Sequence record: PP239276.1
DNA from: Escherichia phage BME3
Strand: one strand, 5' to 3'
DNA length: 64,000 bases
The notes beneath the pieces are model-generated. The model was not told the origin of the DNA, searched no databases, and saw nothing but the letters and a program-made list of their open reading frames with translations. The translations under genes were made by a program, and so were the position numbers. Of the stretch, positions 54,894-63,980 are shown in pieces. The first letter of the stretch is position 1. Every line of letters starts with the position of its first letter.

Positions 54894-55879
54894 AATACTT
54901 AGTAACAGGTGGTTTAGGCTTTATTGGAAGTGCAGTAGTTCGTTTCCTGGCTAAAAATACTAAGAATGATATTTACGTTATAGATAAATGGGGTTACGCT
55001 TCAGACCCTAGAAATTTATCAGAAACACCTAATGTAAAGTTTTGTCGTGTTGACTTGACAAATGCTCAGTTAACTGCTAAGATTGTGGCAGATGTTAATC
55101 CAGATTATATAATGCATCTTGCAGCAGAAAGTCACGTAGATAATTCAATAGCATCACCGAGTGTTTTTATAAATTCAAATATTGTTGGAACATTTAATCT
55201 TCTAGAAGCTGTTCGTTTAATGGGAGATAAATCAAATCTTAAAATGTTTCATCATATTTCAACAGATGAAGTGTATGGTGATATGGAAGAAGGGGATTAT
55301 CCGTTTACAGAACAGAATCCTTATAAGCCAAGTAGTCCATATGCTGCATCTAAAGCTGCAAGCGATCATTTGGTAAGAGCGTGGCATCGTACTTATGGTA
55401 TTCCGACAGTTATAACAAATTGTTCAAATAATTTTGGAGCATATCATCATCCAGAAAAACTAATACCTAAAACGATAACAAATATCTTAATGCATAAACC
55501 AATCCCTGTTTATGGTAATGGTCTTCAAGTAAGAGACTGGTTATACGTTGACGATCACGCAGAGGCATTACACCTAGTAGTAACTAAAGGCAAATCTGGA
55601 GAAACATATAATATTGGGAGCAGAAACCCTAGAACTAATATTGATGTAATCTATATGATTTGTGATTATATGGATGCGGTATATCCATCTGAAACAGATG
55701 CTTGTAGCCTCATTGAGATGGTTACAGATAGGCCTGGGCATGATCTAAGATATGAAGTGAATCCTTATAAGATTGAAAAGGAATTAGGGTGGAAAGCTAA
55801 AGGCACATTTGAAGAAAAACTTTATTCAACCATTGATTGGTATGTAGATAACAAAGAGTGGTGGGAAAATAAAGTTTAA
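54890..55879 (+). CDS. rmlB: dTDP-glucose 4,6-dehydratase
   Basis: 329-aa ORF; Rossmann N-terminus [16 protein letters not shown] and ISTDEVYGD catalytic region. Confidence 0.8.
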   Translation: MKYLVTGGLGFIGSAVVRFLAKNTKNDIYVIDKWGYASDPRNLSETPNVKFCRVDLTNAQLTAKIVADVNPDYIMHLAAESHVDNSIASPSVFINSNIVGTFNLLEAVRLMGDKSNLKMFHHISTDEVYGDMEEGDYPFTEQNPYKPSSPYAASKAASDHLVRAWHRTYGIPTVITNCSNNFGAYHHPEKLIPKTITNILMHKPIPVYGNGLQVRDWLYVDDHAEALHLVVTKGKSGETYNIGSRNPRTNIDVIYMICDYMDAVYPSETDACSLIEMVTDRPGHDLRYEVNPYKIEKELGWKAKGTFEEKLYSTIDWYVDNKEWWENKV

Positions 55880-55887
55880 GGAGGAGT

Positions 55888-56757
55888 ATGAAAGGTATTA
55901 TCTTAGCAGGTGGTAGTGGAACAAGACTTTACCCAGTTACTAAAGGGGTTAGTAAACAACTATTACCAATTTACGATAAACCTATGATTTATTATCCACT
56001 CTCTGTCCTAATGCTTTCTGGAATTAGGGAAATACTAATAATTACAACACCAGAAGATCAAATTAATTTTGTAAATCTTCTAGGTGATGGTTCTTCTTTT
56101 GGTATTTCCCTACAGTATGCAATACAGGATAGCCCAAAAGGTTTAGCAGAAGCGTTTATTATTGGTGAGAACTTTATTGGTGAAGATTCTGTAGCACTTG
56201 TGCTAGGTGATAATTTATTCTTTGGTCAGAGTTTTGGTAGCATTTTAGATTCTGCTAAAGAACATATTGAAAAGAATGGTGGAGCTAATATTTTTGGGTA
56301 TCACGTAAATGATCCTGAAAGATTTGGTGTTGTTGAGTTTGATTCTGAAGGTACAGTGGTGAGTATTGAAGAAAAACCAAAAGCACCAAAAAGCAACTAT
56401 GCAATTACAGGCTTGTACTTTTACGATAATTCTGTTATACAGAAAGCTAAGAGCGTTAAACCTTCTGCTAGAGGGGAGTTAGAGATTACAGATATAAATG
56501 AGATGTACTGGAAAGAAAAGACTTTACGTGTCTGTAAACTAGGAAGAGGTTTCACTTGGCTGGATACAGGAACACATGAAAGTCTTATGGAAGCATCTCA
56601 ATTTGTTCATGCGATAGAAAAGCAACAAGGTATGAAGGTTGCATGCCTAGAGGAGATTGCTTTTAAAAATGAATGGATTACTTTAGACTCTGTAAAAAGT
56701 TCTGGAGAGGTTTTAAGTAAAACAGACTACGGTAAGTATTTACTTAAATTAAAATAA
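55888..56757 (+). CDS. rmlA: glucose-1-phosphate thymidylyltransferase
   Basis: 289-aa ORF; [18 protein letters not shown]...[14 protein letters not shown] signature. Confidence 0.85.
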   Translation: MKGIILAGGSGTRLYPVTKGVSKQLLPIYDKPMIYYPLSVLMLSGIREILIITTPEDQINFVNLLGDGSSFGISLQYAIQDSPKGLAEAFIIGENFIGEDSVALVLGDNLFFGQSFGSILDSAKEHIEKNGGANIFGYHVNDPERFGVVEFDSEGTVVSIEEKPKAPKSNYAITGLYFYDNSVIQKAKSVKPSARGELEITDINEMYWKEKTLRVCKLGRGFTWLDTGTHESLMEASQFVHAIEKQQGMKVACLEEIAFKNEWITLDSVKSSGEVLSKTDYGKYLLKLK

Positions 56758-56769
56758 AGGGGGAATTAA

Positions 56770-57324
56770 ATGATTCAAGCAACAAAAATCGAAGATTTGT
56801 TGATCATTCAACCTGACGTTTACGGAGATGAACGTGGCTTTTTCTTAGAAAGTTTTAATCAGGCTTTATATGATCAATACATAGGTAAACAAAACTTTGT
56901 CCAGGATAACCACTCACGTTCTATTCGAGGAGTTCTACGTGGGCTTCATTTTCAAAAGAAAAACCCACAAGGGAAGTTAGTACGTTGTGTTCGTGGTGAA
57001 GTTTATGATGTTGCTGTAGATATTAGGGTTGGTAGTCCAACATTTGGAGAATGGGTAGGTGTTCTCTTATCTGAAAAGAATAAAACACAATTTTGGATTC
57101 CTCCTGGTTTCGCTCATGGCTTTGTTGTGATTAGCGACATTGCTGATTTTGAATATAAATGTACAGAATATTACGATCCGACTTCAGAGTGTAGTCTTGC
57201 GTGGAATGATCCAGATATCAATATAGATTGGGGTTTTGATTTAATCTTTAATGATATTAATTTTAAACCTATCTTGTCACAAAAAGATCAGCAAGCCAAA
57301 ACACTAAAGGAGATCATATTTTGA
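56770..57324 (+). CDS. rmlC: dTDP-4-dehydrorhamnose 3,5-epimerase
   Basis: 184-aa ORF; RGLHFQ and cupin-like pattern. Confidence 0.75.
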   Translation: MIQATKIEDLLIIQPDVYGDERGFFLESFNQALYDQYIGKQNFVQDNHSRSIRGVLRGLHFQKKNPQGKLVRCVRGEVYDVAVDIRVGSPTFGEWVGVLLSEKNKTQFWIPPGFAHGFVVISDIADFEYKCTEYYDPTSECSLAWNDPDINIDWGFDLIFNDINFKPILSQKDQQAKTLKEIIF

Positions 57325-58151
57325 CAAAATTTTTAATCTTTGGTTCAAAAGGTCAATTAGGACAGTCTTTGGCAAAAGTTGCGCCCGAAGATGTTATTTT
57401 GATTGAAGCAAGTGATGTAGACATTACCAACTTTAAAGATGTTATGAATAGTCTTGTACAGCATGTACCTGATGTTGTTGTGAATTGTGCGGCTTACACG
57501 GCAGTAGATAAAGCTGAAGAAGATGTTAACACCTGTATAAATGTTAATGCATACGGTGCAACAAACATTGCCAAAGCATGTAATGATTTACTGATACAGT
57601 TTGTACATATTTCAACAGACTATGTTTTTGATGGGCATGTCGCTGGCACAGAAGATAGTAAAACAAACCCCTTGAACACCTATGGTTACAGTAAACAATT
57701 AGGTGAAACTTTAGTACAAACAGTTTGTCCTACAGCACTTATTATCAGAACAGCTTCTGTTTATAGTGAGTTTGGACATAACTTTTTGAAAACTATGTTG
57801 GAACGCTACAACGGTGGTCAAAAAGAATTTAATGTAGTATGTGATCATTTATCATGTCCTACTTATGCACCTGATCTGGCAGAAACAATTTTTAAACTTG
57901 TAAAAGATGGTGTAAATAGTAAAATTGTACACTATGCAGGTGCAGATTATATTTCTTGGTATGATTTTGCACGAAAGATATTTCTTGTTATAGATTTATC
58001 TGTTACAGTTAATCCTGTATCTGCTTCAACCTATAATTCTAAAGCAGTCAGACCAGCAACATCTTATTTAAAAACAGATCCTACTTTAAATCCGCGAAGT
58101 GTTGATAGCGGTATTGTAAGAACTTTAACTATACTTTTAAACAAGGAGTGA
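57321..58151 (+). CDS. rmlD: dTDP-4-dehydrorhamnose reductase
   Basis: 276-aa ORF; Rossmann N-terminus MTKFLIFGSKGQLGQSL and ISTDYVFDG. Confidence 0.75.
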   Translation: MTKFLIFGSKGQLGQSLAKVAPEDVILIEASDVDITNFKDVMNSLVQHVPDVVVNCAAYTAVDKAEEDVNTCINVNAYGATNIAKACNDLLIQFVHISTDYVFDGHVAGTEDSKTNPLNTYGYSKQLGETLVQTVCPTALIIRTASVYSEFGHNFLKTMLERYNGGQKEFNVVCDHLSCPTYAPDLAETIFKLVKDGVNSKIVHYAGADYISWYDFARKIFLVIDLSVTVNPVSASTYNSKAVRPATSYLKTDPTLNPRSVDSGIVRTLTILLNKE

Positions 58152-58414
58152 AAATGAATTTTATTATCTACGGTAAACCAAATTGTCCTTTCTGCACTAA
58201 CGCTAAAATTCTGCTAGAACAGCGTGAACAGGATTTTAAATACCTTACCTTAGATGAAGACTATTCTTTAGATCAGATTCAGAATCTGGTTTTAGAGAAA
58301 ACAGGTGTTCTGCCACGTACCTTTCCTCAAATTTTTGTGGAAGATGGTGAACATCTAACCCACGTAGGAGGTTTTTCTGAACTACGTGAATTCATGGCTC
58401 AGATTGCGGAGTAA
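58148..58414 (+). CDS. glutaredoxin / NrdH-like redoxin
   Basis: 88-aa ORF with active site CPFC near the N-terminus. Confidence 0.6.
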   Translation: MKMNFIIYGKPNCPFCTNAKILLEQREQDFKYLTLDEDYSLDQIQNLVLEKTGVLPRTFPQIFVEDGEHLTHVGGFSELREFMAQIAE

Positions 58415-58427
58415 CAATATGAAAGGT

Positions 58428-58563
58428 AAACAGAAACGTAAGATCTTTTCTCGTGCTTTGGCAACAGAGCTTAAGTCCCAAACTAAAAAGACGAAGCCTA
58501 AACGTGAAATGTCTCCTGAACACCTACTGTTTCAAGAGCTAGATCATGGGGAGGGCGACTAAT
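58428..58563 (+). CDS. small basic protein (44 aa), uncertain
   Basis: Short ORF MKGKQKRKIFSRALATELK... directly upstream of the lysozyme gene; below the ORF-track cutoff. Confidence 0.2.
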
Positions 58564-58574
58564 ATAAGGAAAAC

Positions 58575-59075
58575 ATGGCTAAAGTAGTTGATGTGTTTGA
58601 TATGTTACGTTTTGATGAAGGACTAAAGCTAACTGTATATACTGATACCGAAGGGTATTGGACGGTTGGTATTGGACACCTTCTGACAAAACGCAAAGAT
58701 AAAGCAGAAGCTATACGCATTCTTGATAACTTAGTAGGTAGAAAAACCAATGGGGTTATTACTGAAGCGGAAGCTAGAAAAATCTTTGAGAGTGACGTAA
58801 AGAAAGCGATACAACAGATCCATTCAAGCACCATATTATCTCCTATTTACGATAAAGTAAGTCCTAATCGTAAAATGGCTATTATCAATATGGTATTTCA
58901 AATGGGATTGAAAGGTGCAGAATCTTTCAAAAATAGCTTGACTTTAGTGAGTAATTCATATTATACTCAAGCCTCTATAAATTTACGTAAAAGTAAATGG
59001 TATCGCCAAACGCCTAATCGCGCAGAGCGTGTAATTCAGGTACTTAAAACTGGAACATTAGACGCTTATAACTAA
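58575..59075 (+). CDS. endolysin, T4 e-type lysozyme (GH24)
   Basis: 166-aa ORF closely paralleling T4 lysozyme (DEGLKLTVYTDTEGYWTVGIGHLLTK, INMVFQMG, WYRQTPNRAERVI). Confidence 0.9.
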   Translation: MAKVVDVFDMLRFDEGLKLTVYTDTEGYWTVGIGHLLTKRKDKAEAIRILDNLVGRKTNGVITEAEARKIFESDVKKAIQQIHSSTILSPIYDKVSPNRKMAIINMVFQMGLKGAESFKNSLTLVSNSYYTQASINLRKSKWYRQTPNRAERVIQVLKTGTLDAYN

Positions 59076-59079
59076 ACAA

Positions 59080-59100
59080 AGGGGCGAAAGCCCCTTTTAT
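59080..59100 (+). terminator. rho-independent terminator
   Basis: AGGGGC-gaaa-GCCCCT followed by TTTTAT; same hairpin as at 45992. Confidence 0.5.
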
Positions 59101-59113
59101 AAGGAGTGCAAAC

Positions 59114-59866
59114 ATGGGAAATAAAACCGCAAAGGCTCGTCGTCAATCAGCAGCCAATGATGACAAACGTGCCAGTCGTTATGCGGCTAAAGCAGTAGGA
59201 AATGATGATTACCGTCTTGATGAATTTACCCCTGTTGGGAATCAAGAAGCTATTGTAAGAAGCATGGTTTGGAATGATTTAACCATTGTTAATGCCCCAG
59301 CAGGAACAGGAAAAACGACAACAGCACTGTGGAAAGCATTGCAAATGCTTAAAGCTGGTGATTTCAGAAAGTTGATTTTCCTTAAAAACCCGACAGAAGT
59401 AGGTGATGATCAAATTGGTTTCTTATCTGGAGATAAGACTGATAAACTGGCAGCACACTACGAATCAACTAAAAGAATTTTCCAACAGTTTATGACTGCA
59501 AATAAATTGGAAAACGATATTGCAAGTGGCAAAATTGAACTTAATATTCCAAACTATGCACTAGGTGCTACCTGGGATAACAGTATTATTCTTATTGATG
59601 AAGTTCAACTTATGTCACCAAATACAGTAAAACTTCTTCTTGAGCGAGCAGGTCTTAATACACGTATTGTCATTATGGGTGATGTTAATCAAACATATGC
59701 AATTAAACGAAGAGCTAACGGGTTAGGTGATTTGTTAGATCGTGTTGTTCCTATTAATGAAGAAGGAGAAAGGGAAGCTATTGTAGATTTTATTGGTTAT
59801 GTTGAAATGACAACTGCTGATAACCAACGTTCCCGTTTGTCTCAGTTCATCACGGAAGTATACTAA
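59114..59866 (+). CDS. phoH: PhoH-like ATPase
   Basis: 250-aa ORF with Walker A NAPAGTGKTT and LIDEVQ Walker B. Confidence 0.75.
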   Translation: MGNKTAKARRQSAANDDKRASRYAAKAVGNDDYRLDEFTPVGNQEAIVRSMVWNDLTIVNAPAGTGKTTTALWKALQMLKAGDFRKLIFLKNPTEVGDDQIGFLSGDKTDKLAAHYESTKRIFQQFMTANKLENDIASGKIELNIPNYALGATWDNSIILIDEVQLMSPNTVKLLLERAGLNTRIVIMGDVNQTYAIKRRANGLGDLLDRVVPINEEGEREAIVDFIGYVEMTTADNQRSRLSQFITEVY

Positions 59867-59902
59867 TAATTACAAGGCAAGGATGCCTGTTATGGAGGTT
59901 AA

Positions 59903-60397
59903 ATGACGCTAATTGAGATTGATCGCAATGGTATTGATGAATGCTATCAAGCTGGCTTAGTTAAGCCGAATGAGTTTAGACAGATTTATATTGACAAGAT
60001 TGAAAAAGAAATATCTCTTCGTTTAGAGAACATGACAACTTTGCAAAAAGTTCAGATGTTTTTTAGTTGGTTAAAAGGCGAGGATTGGCTAACTAAATAT
60101 TACCAGGAATTATCTGATAGTCAAGAAGGCTTGTTTGAGTGTATAATAAATATAGCTGGGTCTAATTCAGAATTACTCCTGATTGATGAAGAAGATTCTA
60201 AACTTCTTTTTCTTAGCAGTATCTTTCACAAGAAATCTATGTTAGTAAGAAATTGCAGTGATTTACTAAATCATCCACTAACAAGAACTAATAAAATTCT
60301 TGTGGATAAAGAAACACTAAGAGCTATTGATTACCTCCGTAAATATGTAAGCGGTGGTAAAGCAGTCCTTAAAACACTACAGGAGGAAGTACAATGA
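59903..60397 (+). CDS. hypothetical protein
   Basis: 164-aa ORF, ATGA overlap with the next gene. Confidence 0.35.
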   Translation: MTLIEIDRNGIDECYQAGLVKPNEFRQIYIDKIEKEISLRLENMTTLQKVQMFFSWLKGEDWLTKYYQELSDSQEGLFECIINIAGSNSELLLIDEEDSKLLFLSSIFHKKSMLVRNCSDLLNHPLTRTNKILVDKETLRAIDYLRKYVSGGKAVLKTLQEEVQ

Positions 60398-61047
60398 CAA
60401 CAATTATTGCAACACGTAACAAAATTCTGTCTGACGGTAAAGTAACAGTAGGTAGTCGTGTAGACACTTTAAATTTCAAGAAAGTGCGTAAAATTGGGGA
60501 TTACCTTGTTGGTGGTGCAGGACGTCTGTCTTCTATCCTGACTTTCTTTTCTTGGTTCGAACAAAACTTACAATGCCAAGCAGCACAAGAGACAATCCCA
60601 GGTTTGGTGATCCAGTCAGATCCTGACAAAGAAGATGAAGAGTTTGTGGCATTGGTTGTTCACCCAGACGGTAAAATTTATATGCACGAGGGTAATAATC
60701 CCACGCGAGCATATCCTTTAACTGAAGATTATTATGCTGTTGGTAGTGGGGCAGATTTTGCTTTAGCAGCTTTAGACGCTGGGGCATCCCCAGAAGAAGC
60801 GATGGAAGTTGCAAAACTGCGAGATGCTTTTTCAGGCGGTGAAACTTTTATCGAAGAGATCGAAGAACAACTGGAGTTAACAGCGGAAGATATTCTGAAC
60901 TTTAGCAAGGAGCAACTAATTAGTATGCTGTTGACTGGTGATCCTGATAGTGATGAAGCTGAAAGTATTTTAGCAGAAATGAAAGAATCACAAGAAAAAG
61001 TATTGACAGTCTCTGAAAAACTTGATAAAGTGTCCTCTGATAATTAA
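60394..61047 (+). CDS. HslV-like Ntn-hydrolase peptidase (proteasome beta-type)
   Basis: 217-aa ORF; MTTIIATRN...DGKVTVG...KKVRKIGDYLVGGAG and AVGSGADFALAALDAG parallel HslV (TTIVSVRR..., KKVRRL, AIGSGG); Thr2 would be the N-terminal nucleophile. Confidence 0.55.
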   Translation: MTTIIATRNKILSDGKVTVGSRVDTLNFKKVRKIGDYLVGGAGRLSSILTFFSWFEQNLQCQAAQETIPGLVIQSDPDKEDEEFVALVVHPDGKIYMHEGNNPTRAYPLTEDYYAVGSGADFALAALDAGASPEEAMEVAKLRDAFSGGETFIEEIEEQLELTAEDILNFSKEQLISMLLTGDPDSDEAESILAEMKESQEKVLTVSEKLDKVSSDN

Positions 61048-61056
61048 TCTAGTATA

Positions 61057-61078
61057 AACCCCCAGCAAGGGGGTTATT
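61057..61078 (+). terminator. terminator-like hairpin
   Basis: AACCCCC-agcaa-GGGGGTT followed by ATTAGG; U-tract weak. Confidence 0.3.
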
Positions 61079-61088
61079 AGGAGGAGAT

Positions 61089-61517
61089 ATGTTACCAGTA
61101 CCTGTAACCTTTGTAGAAAAAGCCTACTACTCTTTAGAACAAAACTGTAAAAGAGCTAAAAATTTTATTGAAAGTTTAGCAGAACAGCGTTACACTGTAT
61201 CTAAAAAGGGATGGTTCAGAACTTCACAATATTCAGTCAACCCTTTCGGAGAAGTTCGTGTGCTGTATGGCAACACAGAAAATATCTTAGAAAGAATGTT
61301 AGAACTAGATAGGATCTCCTCCTGTGATTATCAACTGTTGAAATTTTACGATTTGTCAGAAAACTTTAAAAACTTTCTTGACGATTTATGTAAACGAAAA
61401 ACAGAAGAAGATACAATACCAGTATCTATGGAAGAATTAACGTTCTTAAGAGATATTATGGTTTTTGAAGAAGACCCTGAAATCACAAAAGAGGAGATTT
61501 TAAGTAGTGGCAAATAA
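61089..61517 (+). CDS. hypothetical protein
   Basis: 142-aa ORF with GGAGGAG RBS. Confidence 0.4.
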   Translation: MLPVPVTFVEKAYYSLEQNCKRAKNFIESLAEQRYTVSKKGWFRTSQYSVNPFGEVRVLYGNTENILERMLELDRISSCDYQLLKFYDLSENFKNFLDDLCKRKTEEDTIPVSMEELTFLRDIMVFEEDPEITKEEILSSGK

Positions 61518-62016
61518 GTATGATCGTCCACCAACTGATTACTATCCTACTCCACAAAAATGTATAAATGCATTATTTAGTGTAATAGATTTTAATAACC
61601 TTAAAGAAGAAGGTTTTATTTTTGCAGAACCGTGTAAAGGCGCTGCTGCTGCAATTTATCAACATTTTCCAGAAGGATCAGAATATTGTGAGTTAGAAGA
61701 AGGGAAAGATTATTTTAACCATGAATGGCATACTAAGCCGGATATTATAATCACAAATCCCCCATTCAAACTTGCACTTGAGTTCTTGCAAAAGAGCTTA
61801 AAAGAAGCAGACGTTTGCATATACTTGTTGCGTCTTGGGTTCCTAGAGTCTATTAAACGAAGGGAATTCCATAAACAGAATCCACCAACAAATTTGATTG
61901 TTCTTTCTGAACGCCCATCTTTTGTTGCAGGTGGTACTGATAAGACAGCATATGCTTGGTACGTCTACGACCCAAAAAACAGGCTGGGTTTAACTCAACC
62001 TTTCTATTTTGTTTAA
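61507..62016 (+). CDS. DNA methyltransferase (amino-MTase, NPPF motif; orphan)
   Basis: 169-aa ORF; FAEPCKGAAAA (SAM-binding motif I-like) followed by IIITNPPFKL (motif IV), the gamma-class order as in M.TaqI. Confidence 0.5.
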   Translation: MANKYDRPPTDYYPTPQKCINALFSVIDFNNLKEEGFIFAEPCKGAAAAIYQHFPEGSEYCELEEGKDYFNHEWHTKPDIIITNPPFKLALEFLQKSLKEADVCIYLLRLGFLESIKRREFHKQNPPTNLIVLSERPSFVAGGTDKTAYAWYVYDPKNRLGLTQPFYFV

Positions 62017-62029
62017 GAGGAGCATTTTT

Positions 62030-62260
62030 ATGACCGAGAAATTTATTGTTACTATGGAACTCACCTTTGATGAAGAAGATTTTGATCTTCATGTATCAAC
62101 TAAAGCAGATAACATTCACACAACACAGAGTGTTGCAATCGCTATGTTCTTTAAACAAGCAATTGCAAAACAAGCTGAAGTATGTGCTGGTTTAGCTGTA
62201 GAGTATGCAGAAGTTGTCAAGGTTCTTGAAAGTGCTCGTAACGGCGATTGGGATGAATAA
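62030..62260 (+). CDS. hypothetical protein
   Basis: Internal ATG after AGAGGAG RBS. Confidence 0.3.
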   Translation: MTEKFIVTMELTFDEEDFDLHVSTKADNIHTTQSVAIAMFFKQAIAKQAEVCAGLAVEYAEVVKVLESARNGDWDE

Positions 62261-62463
62261 TGGCATACAATTACTATCTGGTATATTTTAACGAAACTAA
62301 GAAAAAAGACACAGGAACTAATGTTTATGCGGAATCCGAAGAACACGCAAAAGCTATTGGTTCAGTGCTTCTTTCTAGAATAGCAGGTGAAGAAATTCCT
62401 GTAGAGGCTATCTTTGCAGAAGTTGATCCTGATATTCAAGAAGATGATATTACCACTACTTAA
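62260..62463 (+). CDS. hypothetical protein
   Basis: 67-aa ORF. Confidence 0.3.
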   Translation: MAYNYYLVYFNETKKKDTGTNVYAESEEHAKAIGSVLLSRIAGEEIPVEAIFAEVDPDIQEDDITTT

Positions 62464-62520
62464 CTGTTGACTTTAACGTTAAGGTAGTGCATACTTCCTG
62501 TAACAGAACAGGAGGGTATT

Positions 62521-63183
62521 ATGAAGTTTGTACTGTATCATCGACTTTCTAAGAAGAAACAACAAGGCAACCAGTATGGTATAGAATCACAGGAAGCAGA
62601 TATCCAACGCTTCCTGGATTCACAAGAAAATTATACTATTGTAGGTAGCTTTGCAGAGTTTTATTCTGGTAAAGGCGATTGGAAGCAACGTAGAGAGCTT
62701 GTAAAAGCTGTTAATCTTTGCAAAGAAACAGGTGCTACACTTGTTGTTGCTAAGGTTGACCGTCTTGGACGTAACACAGCTTCTGTTGCAACCTTGTTAG
62801 AGATGATTAATGTACGAATAGCAACTATGCCCTCCGCTGAAAATATGATAATAAATATTTTAGCAGTTCTGGCAGAAGAAGAGGCTCGTGCAATATCTGA
62901 TCGTGTTAAGAAGAGCCTTAAAGTAGCAAAAGCGAAGGGAACGCTTCTTGGTGCAGCAAACCCTAAATACAAAAGAACAGATTATACGAAAACGGAAGAA
63001 GCAAAACGCTCAAAAGAGTTTGCGCTTTCTTTAAAAGATTCTTTAGTTGCATACAGAGCTTGTAAAACGCCATATATGACGATTGCAAAACATCTGAATG
63101 AATCAGGAAAGAGAACTATTCGTGGGAGTTTGTTCGATGCCAAAGCGGTACAACGTCTTTGTGCAAAATTGAATATTAAATAA
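62521..63183 (+). CDS. serine recombinase (resolvase/invertase family)
   Basis: 220-aa ORF; YHRLSKKKQ (catalytic Ser region), VAKVDRLGRN and EEEARAISDRVKKSL parallel resolvase catalytic-domain motifs; C-terminal helix-turn-helix-like segment. Confidence 0.55.
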   Translation: MKFVLYHRLSKKKQQGNQYGIESQEADIQRFLDSQENYTIVGSFAEFYSGKGDWKQRRELVKAVNLCKETGATLVVAKVDRLGRNTASVATLLEMINVRIATMPSAENMIINILAVLAEEEARAISDRVKKSLKVAKAKGTLLGAANPKYKRTDYTKTEEAKRSKEFALSLKDSLVAYRACKTPYMTIAKHLNESGKRTIRGSLFDAKAVQRLCAKLNIK

Positions 63184-63192
63184 GGAGGAAAC

Positions 63193-63396
63193 ATGGCAGT
63201 TCAATCTTTTGAGGAGACTGTTAAAAAACAATTCCTATCGAAGCGAGCGATGGTTGAATTTTTGCATTTTCTCGAAGTAGATAGGGTACTTATTGAGACT
63301 ACACCAGATGGTAACTGGCAAGTCTCGTATATTGCCACCAGGCATATCGTAGACAGTACGAAAGAAGAAAGTTCGGAAGTTACGGTTGCTAGTTAA
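63193..63396 (+). CDS. hypothetical protein
   Basis: 67-aa ORF. Confidence 0.3.
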   Translation: MAVQSFEETVKKQFLSKRAMVEFLHFLEVDRVLIETTPDGNWQVSYIATRHIVDSTKEESSEVTVAS

Positions 63397-63407
63397 AGGA
63401 GTTAAAT

Positions 63408-63980
63408 ATGCGTTTAGCTTTTAACGGGAAGATAAGCACAGCAAACATATTGTCAGCAGTAGGATTATTAGGTAAAAAATTCACACCTTTCAGTTTACCA
63501 GTTTGTGTAGATTTTGATCATGTGTTTGATATTAATAATCCTTCACGTTGTATTGCCAGAAGTAATATTGATAATCCAAGCGAAAATCTGTTTTATATTA
63601 CTAAACCATCCCAAGCAATTTTGAATCAATGGGAAGCAGGTCTGATTAAACCAGGTAAATATTTTGCATTACTACCTTGTAAATCATTGGCTATAGAGGA
63701 CAGTCTAAACTATGCAAACAATCTTGTTGTTACAGCATTCATTGTCTCAGAAAAAGAAGAAACTGCGGTACTTGCAAACACTGTTAAATCTTTGTATGAT
63801 GCTTTGGGTGTTACTTACACTACCTTCGTTTGTGAAGATATTCCACATTGCGTTGAATTCGTGGTGAATGGTGTAACTGTATGTCGTGTAGAAACAACTC
63901 AAGACGAAGACGTTTTTATTACTGTAGCCGATGTAATATCTGAACCTGTGTTTAGCTACGCAGTTTCATTAACACATTAA
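63408..63980 (+). CDS. hypothetical protein
   Basis: 190-aa ORF with AAGGAG RBS. Confidence 0.4.
   Translation: MRLAFNGKISTANILSAVGLLGKKFTPFSLPVCVDFDHVFDINNPSRCIARSNIDNPSENLFYITKPSQAILNQWEAGLIKPGKYFALLPCKSLAIEDSLNYANNLVVTAFIVSEKEETAVLANTVKSLYDALGVTYTTFVCEDIPHCVEFVVNGVTVCRVETTQDEDVFITVADVISEPVFSYAVSLTH

Noticed and set aside
35543-63194. Minus-strand ORFs within the plus-strand block (35543..35737, 36052..36444, 37734..37994, 38142..38702, 40531..40713, 41420..41879, 42540..43595, 43911..44135, 45534..45894, 46295..46492, 46993..47190, 48005..48247, 49570..49809, 51162..51365, 53420..53668, 54432..54623, 58559..58834, 60533..60814, 61346..61534, 61853..62346, 62661..63194) and plus ORFs 45545..45901, 54769..54954
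   Set aside because: Each lies antisense to or inside a better-supported gene with recognisable motifs; none has a convincing RBS.
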